Below are positions 25,094-40,657 of a stretch of DNA of 64,000 nucleotides, one piece after another. The translations under genes and the position numbers were made by a program. Where the stretch lies: positions 1-64,000 of the forward strand of contig NIVC01003618.1 of NCBI GenBank assembly GCA_002269645.1, given 5' to 3'. The notes under the pieces were generated by a model, which did not search any database, was not told the DNA's origin, and saw only the letters and a program-made list of their open reading frames with translations. Every line of letters begins with the position of its first letter. The first letter of the stretch is position 1. This stretch comes from Macrostomum lignano. Its lineage: Eukaryota.

Positions 25094-27355
25094 GTGGATC
25101 TCTACGTCAACGACGAGCTGATCCCGGACATCCAGATGAAGCTGGGCGAGGCTGGGGAGGCGTTTTTTCTAGAAGACCCGGACGACCTGCCGCCGGAGAT
25201 GCCGCTGCAGGACCTGCAGGCCCTGGAGCTCGAAGTGCAGAAGCTGGAGCGCAGGATTTCCATGTCGAAGCTCGAGAAATCCTCCGAGGACGCGACCGGC
25301 GGTGCTTCTACTCTTGTCGCTGAGAACGACGACGCGACTGGAACTGACGAGGCCGAGGACGACGAGGCGAGCCTCAAGGCGGAGCGTCCAGCCGGATCTT
25401 CGGCCACGCTGGTCTCCTATTACAGCGACTGTGAGGGCGAGGAGCGGTCTGGCGGGACGAGCAGCCGCAGGGCGACGCTCACTGGCTACAAGTCAGACTC
25501 TGAGCAGGACAGCCACAATTCCGCACTGATTGGCGGCGCAGCCGAGCAGCTGATGGCCCAGATGGACTGGGAGTGGGGCAAGCTGCCGCACTCGGCCACC
25601 ATGGACAGCGTCAAGTCTGGCGACTATTTTGATTGCACCGATGAGATTTCGGGTGCCGTGGACACCTCAACGACAGCGGCACTCAAATTGTCCTGTGGCG
25701 AGACGGTATCGTCGGAGAAGCTCAACCAGATCCTGGAAGAGCGGATCGCTGCATCTCGAGGCCAGGACGGTGATCAACAGCAAGTTGCGCAGCAGCAGGA
25801 GTCGCAGCAGTCGTCTCAGGCGCAGCAGCAGCAGCAACAGAAGCAACAACAGTCCGCTGAGCGAGAACGCCTCTCATCCTCGGGCGAGTGCTACTTGGCT
25901 GATCTGGACGACAGCAACCGGCACCTCTACCTCAGCGGCTCGCCATCCTCCCCAGAGTCGGGTTACAAGTCGGACCAGGACATGTCCAGCGTGGAGGAGG
26001 ATCTCAATGTCGGCGTGCAGTTGTCTCTGTGCGGCGGGCTGGACCTGCCGAACAGCATCACGACTGAGCGCTTCCTCAAGTACCTGATCTCGTACGACGA
26101 GTTCATGCAGAATCCGGACATAATAGAAAACCGAGACCTAGTGGTGCGGATTCAGGGCAAGAACTACAATTGGCGGACCGCAGCGCCGATTCTGCTGTGC
26201 CGGGCTGTGTTCAACGCGCAGCTGCCCTACAAGACTGTGCAGAACCTCAAGGAGCGCCACATGCGCTTCCGGCGCAAGCGCAACACCATGCGCTCCTGGT
26301 TCGCGTGGGGCCGCGCCAGGCCCTCCGAGGAGACCGACCCAAACGACGAGGAAGCCGGTGGTGGCGACGCCGTTGTAGCTGTGGAAGACATCAAGGAGGA
26401 GGCAGCCGAGGAGCGGCAGAAGGACAAGGGTGCCGAGCAGCAGCCGAAGCAGCGGGCTCGCACTGTACGTCTGTCCTCCAACCAGCTCAAGAAACTGAAC
26501 CTGCGCCCAGGCTACAATGAGCTCCGCTACAGCATCACAACCAAGTACCAGGGCACCACGGAGTGCACCTGTGGAGTCTACCTGTGGGGTCACGACGACC
26601 GCATTGTGATTTCGGATATCGACGGGACCATCACTCGCTCGGACGTGCTGGGACACATTCTGCCAATGGTCGGCAAAGACTGGACACAGCCGCGCATCAC
26701 CAAGCTGTTCTCGGCTATAGAAAAGAACGACTACAGATTCCTGTACCTGTCCGCCAGGGCCATCGGCCAGTCCGCCGTCACCCGGCGTTTCTTGCAGCGC
26801 GTTCGACAGGAGGGCGTCACCCTGCCCGACGGGCCGGTGCTGCTGTCGCCGCTGTCTCTGATGCGCGCCTTCCACCAGGAGGTAATCGCCCGCAGGCCGG
26901 AGGCCTTCAAAATCGCCTGTCTGCGCGACGTGCGCTCGCTGTTCCCGGCCGAGGCGCAGCCGTTCTGGGCCGGCTTCGGCAACCGGCCGTCTGACGCGCT
27001 GTCCTACACAGAGGTGAGCGTCAACCACGCCAGGTGCTTCACTGTCAATCCGCAGGGAGAGGTCAACCGCGAGTCCGGCGACTGCCTGCCGTCCTCCTAC
27101 CAGGCGCTGGCCGAGGTGGCGGACCTCGTGTTCCCGCCGTTCCAGCACCGGTTCGCCGACCACGGCCACTTCTCGCACTTCTCCTACTGGCGGGCGCCGC
27201 TGCCCGTGCTGCCGCTCCTGCCGGCTCCCGAGGATGTCGCCGAGGCGGCTGAGACGGCCGTCAAGGCAGCTGGCCCGGCGAAAGCCGCTGAAGGAGCGGC
27301 GACTCCGGTGGAAGCAACAATAATCGAGGTGTCGGAGCCAGCAGCCCTGGTCTAG
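25094..27355 (+). CDS. LPIN: Lipin, exon 2 (end of NLIP, middle domain, LNS2/HAD catalytic domain)
   Basis: Phase-0 acceptor tttcaag|GTG. VDLYVNDE...MKLGEAGEAFF; VQLSLCGG; basic RFRRKRN; catalytic DIDGT (26615-26629) followed by LGHIL; GFGNRPSD; stop TAG at 27353-27355. About 815 aa after frameshift repair. Confidence 0.96.
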   Translation: MDLYVNDELIPDIQMKLGEAGEAFFLEDPDDLPPEMPLQDLQALELEVQKLERRISMSKLEKSSEDATGGASTLVAENDDATGTDEAEDDEASLKAERPAGSSATLVSYYSDCEGEERSGGTSSRRATLTGYKSDSEQDSHNSALIGGAAEQLMAQMDWEWGKLPHSATMDSVKSGDYFDCTDEISGAVDTSTTAALKLSCGETVSSEKLNQILEERIAASRGQDGDQQQVAQQQESQQSSQAQQQQQQKQQQSAERERLSSSGECYLADLDDSNRHLYLSGSPSSPESGYKSDQDMSSVEEDLNVGVQLSLCGGLDLPNSITTERFLKYLISYDEFMQNPDIIENRDLVVRIQGKNYNWRTAAPILLCRAVFNAQLPYKTVQNLKERHMRFRRKRNTMRSWFAWGRARPSEETDPNDEEAGGGDAVVAVEDIKEEAAEERQKDKGAEQQPKQRARTVRLSSNQLKKLNLRPGYNELRYSITTKYQGTTECTCGVYLWGHDDRIVISDIDGTITRSDVLGHILPMVGKDWTQPRITKLFSAIEKNDYRFLYLSARAIGQSAVTRRFLQRVRQEGVTLPDGPVLLSPLSLMRAFHQEVIARRPEAFKIACLRDVRSLFPAEAQPFWAGFGNRPSDALSYTEVSVNHARCFTVNPQGEVNRESGDCLPSSYQALAEVADLVFPPFQHRFADHGHFSHFSYWRAPLPVLPLLPAPEDVAEAAETAVKAAGPAKAAEGAATPVEATIIEVSEPAALV

Positions 27356-27865
27356 TCAGCTGCCGCCTCCCCTCTGCCTGGCTTATTATTGATACATTGC
27401 CCGAGTCATTATTCGGCTTACTTCTCTGGGAAAAACTGACCTACTGAACTATCGCAATTGTGTGCATATCTGCTGATTTTCGCTGTAAATTGAGAAAACT
27501 GTGTGCCCATATTTGCTGTGCATATTGGCCAAGACGGCTCTGCCGAGTGTTGGTTACCCGTATCCAGCTTGGCCTGTCAATTCCATTGCTTTCATACTTT
27601 CGCCCGCTTTCAAATTTCTGCTTCTAGTGATCGCTTTCACATGTCATCGAGTCCATGGCTCCCTCTCTCTACTCTCCGGTTTCACTCTATTATTACTATT
27701 GTTATTATTATATTATTTCAGCTCCGATGCTTAAACAGATTTAACGGATTTTGTTTCCGAGCTTGCTAACTCTTTTGCGAGCCTCAATTCGCTGCTTTCA
27801 AACACTTGAGAGTGATTTTTGGCAATTTTTGTGTCACATGCTTGGCTTCGGTTCTCTATTGCGAT

Positions 27866-28200
27866 TTGCTTAGTACACCTCTTCAGTTCGTCTGCCCCCG
27901 TCTCTATTTGGTCTGTTTCTCTCCCTCTCGGTCTGGTTCAGTCTTGCTATTCTTATCTCTCTCCCTCACTGCCTTCTGATTGGCTCGTCAATCTAAATAA
28001 GACTTTCAATTAGGGCGAGGGGGGATAAGAAATGCAGGGGTGGTGTGCGCGACTGAGGAAAGAGGCGAGATTGAAGAGCCAATCAGAAGTCAGCGAGGGA
28101 GAGAGATAAGAATTACAAGATCGGGCTGAACTTTTACAGAGGGAGAGAAAGACAGTAAGCAGAAACGAGGGCAGATGGACTGAAGAAATGACTAAAACAA
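27866..28200. repeat. Long imperfect inverted repeat (foldback/MITE-like hairpin)
   Basis: Arm 27866-27994 pairs with 28068-28200, including TTCTTATCTCTCTCCCTC-CTG-CTTCTGATTGGCTC-TCAATCT blocks; loop ~73 nt. Confidence 0.85.
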
Positions 28201-28569
28201 GTCTCCGACCTGACTACTAGCTTGAATCAGTAGAACCAATGCAAAAGCCCCTATCGGTGAACTGCCATAGGGAAGTATAAAAAGTTTCAAACCAGTTGAC
28301 TAAGAGTTTTGTGGGGCAAGTGGCCCAAAGCTATTTTCATATCCAAAATGATCGCACGTACTACTCATAAATTCCTTATTTTTTCCTTTTTGTACCCAAA
28401 CGAGGTGTTTCTATTTTTAGCTACTAAAAAATAAACATGCTCAGTTCCATCGCTGAGTGGTGAGCAACTCTTTCTCACATCGCAGGAACTCAAGACTTTC
28501 ATTCGCCTTCTTTTGTAATTTAGTAAATTGTGTCCATTGATTCGAGTCCGTAAGCTCAATGATTCATAT

Positions 28570-28880
28570 AGTGCGTCCATTGGTTTAGATATTGTGTCCA
28601 TTTGTTTCGAGATTGTGTCTGTTGGCTTTGATATTGTGTCCATTATTTTAGAGATAGTATCCGCTGGTTTAGATATTGTCTCCAATGGTTTAGATATTGT
28701 GTCCACTGGTTTAGATATTGTGCTCATTAGTTTAGATATTGTGTCCTCTGGTTCAGATATTGTGTCCATTAGTTTATATATTGTGTCCACTGGTCTAGAT
28801 ATTGTGTCCATTAGTTTAGATATTGTGTCCACTGATCTAGATATTGTGTTCATTAGTGTCCACAGTGTGTCTATTAGCTG
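28570..28880. repeat. Degenerate 21-bp minisatellite (TTAGATATTGTGTCCATTGGT)n
   Basis: About 14 units; open on the minus strand as MDTISKP heptads, but coding status is unsupported. Confidence 0.85.
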
Positions 28881-29149
28881 AAAGATTGTGTGCTCAGGCT
28901 CGCTGCTTAAGGGCTCACTGAAGCTGCTAGATAGCGAAGAAATCGAAAAACTGATCTTCATAAACATTTTTTGCAAGAATATTAATGATACTTTACTGAG
29001 AGTAGGATGACAGCGGTGCTACTCAGTTGTATAGTTCTCTAGGGAACTGGATACGGACATGAACTCATGTAGTCTCCAGCTCCCCGACTGCGCCGACTCC
29101 AGACTTTCCGCCTCATCAAACTGCTTGCTTCTCGGATCCACCAAGTCTC

Positions 29150-29870
29150 CATCTGAAACCCCGATTATCCATCTAAAACTCCCATTGTCCATCTGAAACC
29201 CCGATTGTCCATCTGAAACCCTGATTGTCCATCTGAAACCCTGATTGTCCATCTGAAACCCCGATTGTCCATCTGAAACCCTGATTGTCCATCTGAAACC
29301 CTGATTGTCCATCTGAAACCCCGATTGTCCATCTGAAACCCTGATTGTCCATCTGAAACCCCGATTGTCCATCTGAAACCCCGATTGTCCATCTGAAACC
29401 CCCATTGTCCATCTGAAACCCCGATTGTTCATTTGAAACCCCGATTGTCCATCTGAAACCCCGATTGTCCATCTGAAACCCCGATTGTCCATCTGAAACC
29501 CCCATTGTCCATCTGAAACCCCGATTGTTCATTTGAAACCCCGATTGTCCATCTGAAACCCCCATTGTCCATTTGAAACCCCCATTGTCCATCTGAAACC
29601 CCGATTGTCCATCTGAAACCCCCATTCTCCATGTGAACTCCCCATTCTCCATATGAACTCCCCATTGTCCATGTGAACTCCCCAGACTCCATCTGAAGCC
29701 CCCAGACTCCACCTGAACTCCCCAGACTCCACCTGAACTCCCCAGACTCCACCTGAACTCCCCAGACTCCATTTGAACTCCCCAGACTCCACCTGAACTC
29801 CCCAGACTCCACCTGAACTCCCCAGACTCCACCTGAACTCCCCAGACTCCATCTGAAGCCCCAGACTCCG
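29150..29870. repeat. Two abutting 20-bp minisatellites: (ATCTGAAACCCCGATTGTCC)n grading into (CCCAGACTCCACCTGAACTC)n
   Basis: Same period, with transitional units at ~29620-29690. Confidence 0.92.
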
Positions 29871-30604
29871 CCCGAGCCCGAGCCCTCAGCCTCCAGCATC
29901 ACGGTTCCCTCACAATCAGGCTGATTGCAGGAATCCACAAGCCCAGTGAAAGCTCCATGGAGACAGAATTGAATTAAAAAACAACACGCGGAGATCAGAT
30001 TTCATCGTCTGAAACATCTCGAAAATTGAGTTGCTGCGGCAGCTGATTTGCATCCACGCCCGCAGATCCCTAGCGGCGGTAAGAAGCTTCATCGCGGGGC
30101 TCGAACTCCGGACAGCCGAAATTCTATTAGCAGCGAATTGTTTGGGCGCTGATTGGCAGCTCCGCATCCGGCCTGAAATCCCCCACAAATTCTGCCTGCA
30201 TTTGAATTATTGAATCAATAAGCGGCTGAACAAAACGCTGCTGATTTCTCTACCTGGCGGGAGCCTTTCCGCCGCGGCTAAGCGCCCTGCCGCAAGATCC
30301 CCGTGGGCGGCCGGACAGCCGGCTAACAAAAAAAATGTCGCCTCAAAACATCTGCCGCTGCGAGTAGCGCAGCTTTTATTGCCGCTGACGCTCAGCGCAC
30401 AGGCGGGGCGGCTTGTAAAAACTGCGGGGGAGAAAGTTCCCGCTGCTGGAGCACGTGTTTGACAGCTCCGTGTGCGCCTCTCAGCGCCCAACTTTTTTTC
30501 CGGACTGCCAGCCCGCGACACTGCAGTTTGGGGCGACCGAAAACTGCCGTCTGTCAGCTCTGGCAGCGGCTGCACCTCTGCTGCGGCTGCTGCGAGTTGA
30601 AGCT

Positions 30605-31120
<516 letters not shown>

Positions 31121-31624
31121 CCGCCGTAAATCCGGCCTCAGTCCAACTCAATTTGAATGAATTGATTTCATTTTCACTCTCATTCATGTTAGCAAAATCT
31201 TCAAAAGTCACGTTCAGAGCCGGCAACGAACACTGGTTTTTTAATAATCTTTTTTCCAAATTAGGAAAATGAAAATTCTAGTTTTTTGTAGGTTTGCCAG
31301 AAAGTGCAATGAAATGAAATCAGTAGCGAGCACCGTAGATTGCCGCAGACAGCTACATTTGTAGCGCCCATTGAATGAGGCACAATGCCTGCTTTGCTGA
31401 GATCAGGTTGCCAAGCGCTCTTCAGAAACCAGCTCGGCTTTTTTGGCACGTGACGTTTGAACTGCGCTTCGGTGCAGCCCCACTCGGAGAGAAGTCGCTT
31501 TGTCACAACTGATAAACAGAATTTACCGATTTTCCACTGACATTGCAGCCCCTCAGCTCACCGAGTTGCCCGGCTGAAGTGTGAAAATATCGGCAACTGC
31601 CTTCAACTCACTTCTCAGTTCTGC

Positions 31625-32150
31625 CTTTCTCCTTCTCTCTCCCCCTCTCCCTCTCTCCTCTCTCCCCCCTCTCCTCTCTCCCTCTCTCCTCTCTCCCTCT
31701 CCCTCTCTCTCCCTCTCCCTCTCTCCTCTCTCCCCCTCTCCTCTCTCCCTCTCCTCTCTCCTCTCTCCTCTCTCCTCTCTCCTCTCTCCTCTCTCCTCTC
31801 TCCCTCTCTCCTCTCTCCCTCTCCCTCTCTCTCCCTCTCCCTCTCTCCCCTCTCTCCCCTCTCCTCTCTCCCCCTCTCTCTCTCCCTCTCCCTCTCTCTC
31901 TCTACCCCTCTCCTCTCTCCTCTCTCCCTCTCTCCTCTTTCCCTCTCTCCCTCTCCCTCTCTCCTCTCTCCTCTCTCCTCTCTCCCTCTCTCTCTCTCTC
32001 CCTCTCTCTCCCTCTCCCCCCCTCCCTCTCTCCTCTCCCTCTCCCTCTCCCTCTCCTCTCTCCCTCCTCTCACTCCCTCTCCCTCTCTCCTCTCCCACCC
32101 TCCCTGTCTCCTCTCCCTCCCTCTCTCCCTCCTCTCCATCTCGCGTCTCG
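31625..32150. repeat. CT-rich low-complexity tract
   Basis: Almost pyrimidine-only on the + strand. Confidence 0.9.
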
Positions 32151-32174
32151 TCTCGTTCACTCGTCGAGCTGTCC

Positions 32175-34175
32175 GATATCTCGCGATATCTGTCCTTTCT
32201 GACTCAATATCTGCCATTTCTGACTCAATATCTGTCCTTTCTGACTCAATATCTGTCATTTCTGACTCAATATCTGTCATTTCTGACTCAATATCTGCCA
32301 TTTCTGACTCAATATCTGTCCTTTCTGACTCAATATCTGTAATTTCTGACTCAATATCTGTAATTTCTGACTCAATATCAGTAATTTCTGACTCAATATC
32401 TGTCCTTTCTGACTCAATATCTGCCATTTCTGACTCAATATCTGTCCTTTCTGACTCAATATCTGTCATTTCTGACTCAATATCTGTCATATCTGACTCA
32501 ATATCTGTCATATCTGACTCAATATCTGTAATATCTGACTCAATATCTGTCCTTTCTGACTCAATATCTGTAATTTCTGACTCAATATCTGTCCTTTCTG
32601 ACTCAATATCTGTCATATCTGACTCAATATCTGTAATTTCTGACTCAATATCTGTCATTTCTGACTCAATATCTGTAATTTCTGACTCAATATCTGTCAT
32701 ATCTGACTCAATATCTGTAATTTCTGACTCAATATCTGTCCTTTCTGACTCAATATCTGTCATATCTGACTCAATATCTGTAATTTTTGACTCAATATCT
32801 GTCATATCTGACTCAATATCTGTCCTTTCTGACTCAATATCTGTCATATCTGACTCAATATCTGTCCTTTCTGACTCAATATCTGTCATTTCTGACTCAA
32901 TATCTGTAATTTCTGACTCAATATCTGTCATTTCTGACTCAATATCTGTAATTTCTGACTCAATATCTGTCCTTTCTGACTCAATATCTGCCATTTCTGA
33001 CTCAATATCTGTCATACCTGACTCAATATCTGTAATTTCTGACTCAATATCTGTCATATCTGACTCAATATCTGTCATTTCTGACTCAATATCTGTCATA
33101 TCTGACTCAATATCTGTCATATCTGACTCAATATCTGTAATATCTGACTCAATATCTGTCCTTTCTGACTCAATATCTGTCCTTTCTGACTCAATATCTG
33201 TCATTTCTGACTCAATATCTGTAATATCTGACTCAATATCTGTCCTTTCTGACTCAATATCTGTCCTTTCTGACTCAATATCTGTAATTTCTGACTCAAT
33301 ATCTGTCAAATCTGACTCAATATCTGTCCTTTCTGACTCAATATCTGTCCTTTCTGACTCAATATCTGTCATATCTGACTCAATATCTGTAATATCTGAC
33401 TCAATATCTGTCCTTTCTGACTCAATATCTGTCCTTTCTGACTTAATATCTGTCATTTCTGACTCAATATCTGTCCTTTCTGACTCAATATCTGTCATAT
33501 CTGACTCAATATCTGTCCTTTCTGACTCAATATCTGTCATTTCTGACTCAATATCTGTAATTTCTGACTCAATATCTGTCATTTCTGACTCAATATCTGT
33601 AATTTCTGACTCAATATCTGTAATTTCTGACTCAATATCAGTAATTTCTTACTCAATATCTGTCCTTTCTGACTCAATATCTGTCATATCTGACTCAATA
33701 TCTGTAATTTCTGACTCAATATCTGTAATTTCTGACTCAATATCAGTAATTTCTTACTCAATATCTGTAATATCTGACTCAATATCTGTCCTTTCTGACT
33801 CAATATCTGTCATATCTGACTCAATATCTGTAATTTCTGACTCAATATCTGTAATATCTGACTCAATATCTGTAATTTCTGACTCAATATCAGTAATTTC
33901 TTACTCAATATCTGTCATATCTGACTCAATATCTGTAATTTCTGACTCAATATCTGTAATTTCTGACTCAATATCTGTAATTTCTGACTCAATACCAGTA
34001 ATTTCTTACTCAATATCTGTCATTTCTGACTCAATACCTGTAATTTCTGACTCAATATCAGTAATTTCTTACTCAACATCTGTCCTTTCTGACTCAATAT
34101 CTGTCATTTCTGACTCAATACCTGTCTTTTCTGACTCAATATCAGTAATTTATGACTCAATATCGGTTATTTCCG
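32175..34175. repeat. 21-bp minisatellite (TTTCTGACTCAATATCTGTCA)n with a TGACTCA core
   Basis: About 94 units. The MTDIESE frame acquires TAA stops beyond ~33600, so the array is non-coding. Confidence 0.95.
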
Positions 34176-34699
34176 AGCCAATTTAATTTCGGGAGAGCCT
34201 GAGCAGAGGCTGTGAGTGTCTCCATCAAGTCCTCTCATATTTTGCACATGCAGCTGGGAAAGACGCAGTGTTTACCAAGCGCTCCTTGACTCGCTCAGGT
34301 CAGTGATCGATGACCCAGAGTGATTTGCTCAAGCAATGGCGCGACTGTAATGAATTCTGCTCTCAGCCCGGTCTCAGGCCAGCTAATTAGCATATTAATC
34401 AGCCCTCTCCAGCCCTGACTACCGGACACCTCGCCCGCGCGAATCCCAGGTGCAATTTTTTGTGTTTATTTCTGTTTATTTGGCAGCCGAAGTTGCCCCG
34501 GATGTCTGCTGGGAGCGGCTGGCCAGGCGGGCTGCAATTATTTATAAATATGCTGGCATCATCTGCCTACCCGATCCGCTGCATCCCGCTTCCATCATGC
34601 TCTTCTCTTGTGCCAGCTCAGCTTCCGCCCCCACTCCTGCCTCTACTCTTCCGCATTACCTCCCACACCTGGTCTCTGCACGTCTGCTGCTCTTTATCT

Positions 34700-35196
34700 C
34701 AGCCTCTCTACTCTCTTCTCTCCCCTCTTCTCTCTCCCCTCTTCTCTCTCCCCTCTTCTCTCTCCCCTCTTCTCTCTCCCCTCTTCTCTCTCCCCTCTTC
34801 TCTCTCCCCTCTTCTCTCTCCCCTCTTCTCTCTCCCCTCTTCTCTCTCCCCTCTTCTCTCTCCCCTCTTCTCTCTCCCCTCTTCCCTCTTCCCTCTTCTC
34901 TCTCCCCTCTTGTCTCTCCCCTCTTCTCTCTCCCCTCTTCTCTCTCCCTTTTCTCTCTCCCCTCTTCTCTCTCCCCTCTTGTCTCTCCCCTCTTCTCTCT
35001 CCCCTCTTCTCTCTCCCTCTTCTCTCTCCCTCTTCTCTCTCCCTCTCTCTCTCTTCTCTCTCCTCTTCTCTCTCCCCTCTTGTCTCTCCCCTCTTCTCTC
35101 TCCCTCTTCTCTCCCCTCTCTCTCTCTCTCTCTCCCTCTTCTCTCTCCTCTCTCCCCTCTTCTCTCTCCTCTCTCCCTCTCTCTCTCTCTCTTCTT

Positions 35197-35230
<34 letters not shown>

Positions 35231-35345
35231 CTCTCTCCCCTCTGCTCTCTCCTCTTTCATCCATCCTTTTTTCTCCCCTCTCTTTTCTCTTCTCTCTCAT
35301 CTCTCCTCTTTTTCTCCTCTATTTTCCCCTCTCATTTCTCTACTC
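34700..35345. repeat. CT-rich tract built on a 14-bp unit (CTCTTCTCTCTCCC)n
   Basis: Tandem units decaying into (CT)n. Confidence 0.9.
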
Positions 35346-36096
35346 TAAATTTACCCTCTCTCCTTTCTCCCCTCAAACCCCACCATTCTTATTTCTGCAG
35401 AATAATTTTAAGTCAAGCCTTGAAACAAACTTGTCCATCAATACACGCTGGCAGTTCCAAGCTGATTAAAGTATTGCACATTCACCCCAGCCGAGTACTT
35501 ACAGCAGTCGAGTGCTCAAGGCCCATGAAACCCCATGGGGATCCCTTAGCAGCTGTCGGTCACCCCCAGGCCCTGATCCCTATTAATATCATTTAATCTC
35601 CTTAATTGCAGCCCCTCAAGTTTCTGTTGCTCATCTTTTTCAGCGACTAAAATTCGATATTGAAAGCTTTGAAACTCAAGTCGATTAATAAATAGATTTC
35701 TGGTTGAGTTGTCCAGTCAAAGGTTTCCGCCGCCTGCTGCAGCCGCCCTGCGGCCCCCACTTCCTCTGTCCCGGCCAGCACCATTTCCCCCGTGCAGTTT
35801 TGCCCCGGCTACTCCTGAGCAGCTCCCGGTGAGCAGGGATAATCCTCTGAGCTGACTGAGCACCGCTCCGCGCCTCCGCAATCACCGGCCCATTCTGAGC
35901 TGGGAAAACACGGCTCAAGTGGCCCGGCTGAGCGCATTTGCCGGCGACACAAACTCGCGCGGTCCGGTGAAGGGGCGGGGATTTGAGCTGGGGGATTTGA
36001 GCTGGCTCAGGCTGGGCTGCGGCTCGGGTGGGGAGCAGAGAAACTGAAACAGCAGGAAACAGGGGAGATGGGAGAATTGCTGACAAACTCATGCCG

Positions 36097-37872
<1,776 letters not shown>

Positions 37873-38334
37873 AAAGCCTCCCAGCCCCAGTCGCAGAGCA
37901 GTTGGTGAGCAAGTTTCCCACTCCCATTCCCCAGCTCAGCCGCATGTGAAATGGTCCTGGCCGATCGCATGGCAGCTCACGCGCCGCGGCTCCGGTGCCG
38001 GGGCGACCGAACGATTCCCAGCGGGGCTCCTTGAGCAGCTCAGATAAGAACAAGGCGAATTTGAATATGAATCGAATTTGGGCTTCGGCTTCCGACTTGA
38101 GCGCAGCCTCTCCTCCGTCATCATAGTTCGCTGGTCCATTATCCACTCAGTGGCAGCTCAGAGGCAGATTTTATCACGGAAATTCCTCTGCTCGGGCATT
38201 GACTCGGACTTGAGCTCTCGTGAATGGATTTGATAACTAATAAAGAGCTTTTCAGTTATTATTGGGAGGGTAGCAACTCATTAAAGATGTTGGTAATTTT
38301 TAGCTCGTTTTGGGTTGCTTGAAATCCTTCAATG

Positions 38335-39170
38335 TTGGTCATTCTGGGGTCATTCTCGATGATTGAGATCAATATTGGTCATTGTGCTGTCATTCAACAT
38401 GACTGAGATCAATATTGGTCATTGTGCTGTCATTCAAGATGACTGAGATCAATATTGGTCATTGTGCTGTCATTCAAGATGACTGAGATCAATATTGGTC
38501 ATTGTAGGCCATTCAAGATGACTGAGATCAATATTGGTCATTGTGCTGTCATTCAACATGACTGAGATCAATATTGGTCATTGTGGGTCATTCAAGATGA
38601 CTGAGATCAATATTGGTCATTGTGCTGTCATTCAAGATGACTGAGATCAATATTGGTCATTGTGGGTCATTCAAGATGACTGAGATCAATATTGGTCATT
38701 GTGCTGTCATTCAACATGACTGAGATCAATATTGGTCATTGTGGGTCATTCAAGATGACTGAGATTAATATTGGTCATTGTGGGTCATTCAAGATGACTG
38801 AGATCAATATTGGTCATTGTGGAGTCATTCTAGATTACTGAGATCAATCTCGGTCATTTTGGGGTCATTCTAGGTGACGTGACTGAGTTGAATATTGATC
38901 ATTGTGAGGTCATTCTAGATGTCTGAAATGAATATTGATCATTGTGAAGTCATTCTAGATGTCTGAGATCAATATTGGTCATTGTGAGGTCATTCTAGAT
39001 TACTGAGATCAATCTCGGTTATTTTAGGTGACTGAGTTGAATATTGATCTTTGTGGGGTCATTCTGGATGACTGATATCAATACGAGCGTATTGGTCATT
39101 GCGGGGTCATTCTGGATGACTGACATCAATACTGGTCATTGTGGAGTCATTCTAGAGAACTGAGATGATC
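38335..39170. repeat. 40-bp minisatellite (GATGACTGAGATCAATATTGGTCATTGTGCTGTCATTCAA)n
   Basis: About 20 units with a homogeneous core and degenerate ends; each contains the CAATATTG palindrome. Confidence 0.93.
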
Positions 39171-39641
39171 TGACCTTCAAAACTCCTTCATCTTGCGAAA
39201 ATTCACAGTTCCTCACCTGCGCTGGCCAGTGGCACCGTCAGGCCCAGGTGAGCGGCCGTCCCTCGCCAAAGGCAGCCCTCCCGGGGTTTCTGTTGAATCT
39301 TCCAGTGTTGCTTTTCGCCAGATTTTCGCTCCCAGAAGAATTTCCAGACTGGCCGGAGCTGTCAGCGGCCGGCAGCCTGAGTGACAGCCGCGGCCGGGGC
39401 GCAAAGCACCTGCGAAGCTGCCACTTCGGCCAATTTTCACCTGGCCGGACAGCCTGGACGGGTGCTGGGCTTATTTTATTTTTTATTCGCCCCGCCGCCT
39501 CGGTTTATCTTGGCAACGGCACTCGCCAACTTTTCACTTCTGCCGGCTCCTGTTACACCCAGCTGTCACCATCCGCCTCCTCCTCATTCCCTACCCTCTA
39601 GTCTACCGTCCCTACCTTCTCATCTACCTACCCTACTCTCT

Positions 39642-39990
<349 letters not shown>

Positions 39991-40657
39991 AGCAGGTCAA
40001 AGCACTGTCGACAGACAGGATGATGAAGTGAAAAAATGAAAATCAGAGGCCACTGTGGTGCAAAGAAACAAAGCCGCCTGGGAACTCAGAAGCAGTTTGG
40101 TCACCTGGCGCCAGCGGGGCTGCCAGGTGAAAGCTGTGTCCCTGTTGTCTCCCCTGTAATTTGCTTCCACCAGCCCTCCCCAAGCGGAGTTGAGCCACTC
40201 AGCCCCCTTGGAAGCCCTCCGCAGATTTAGTGGTCAAGTTTTAATTTCCTACTTTAATCAACACGTGGCTGCCATGGCCGGGGCTGGGGCAGAGCTGGAT
40301 GGCCGACTCCCCTGGTCGCCACAAAGCCGATCGATGCTGTAATTGAGAGCCGGCTCGGCCGCGCGGGTGTCTCCCAGTCTGCCCGGGCGGCTTGGGTCCG
40401 GAGCTGCCGGATTTCAACTGCACTTGAAAACGGAGTGAAAGTCGGAGCGAAACCCCCAGCCCCCTCAGACTGACAGGTGGCGGTCGTCTGTGGCTTACCA
40501 GCCCCCTTTCAATCTTTGCGAGGCTGCTGCTACACGCTTCCCAGCCTCCTTATCTGCCTCATCTGCAGAATCCCTCAGCCCCCCCCACCCGCCTGACACA
40601 TTCGGATGCACTGTTCCAAGGCCTAACATAACAATGCTCATTTCGGCAGGGACTCCA

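Noticed and set aside
31615-33582. 655-aa (MTDIESE)n heptad ORF resembling a coiled coil
   Set aside because: It is the 21-bp satellite; the same frame has TAA stops in the continuing array and fuses to a GA tract.
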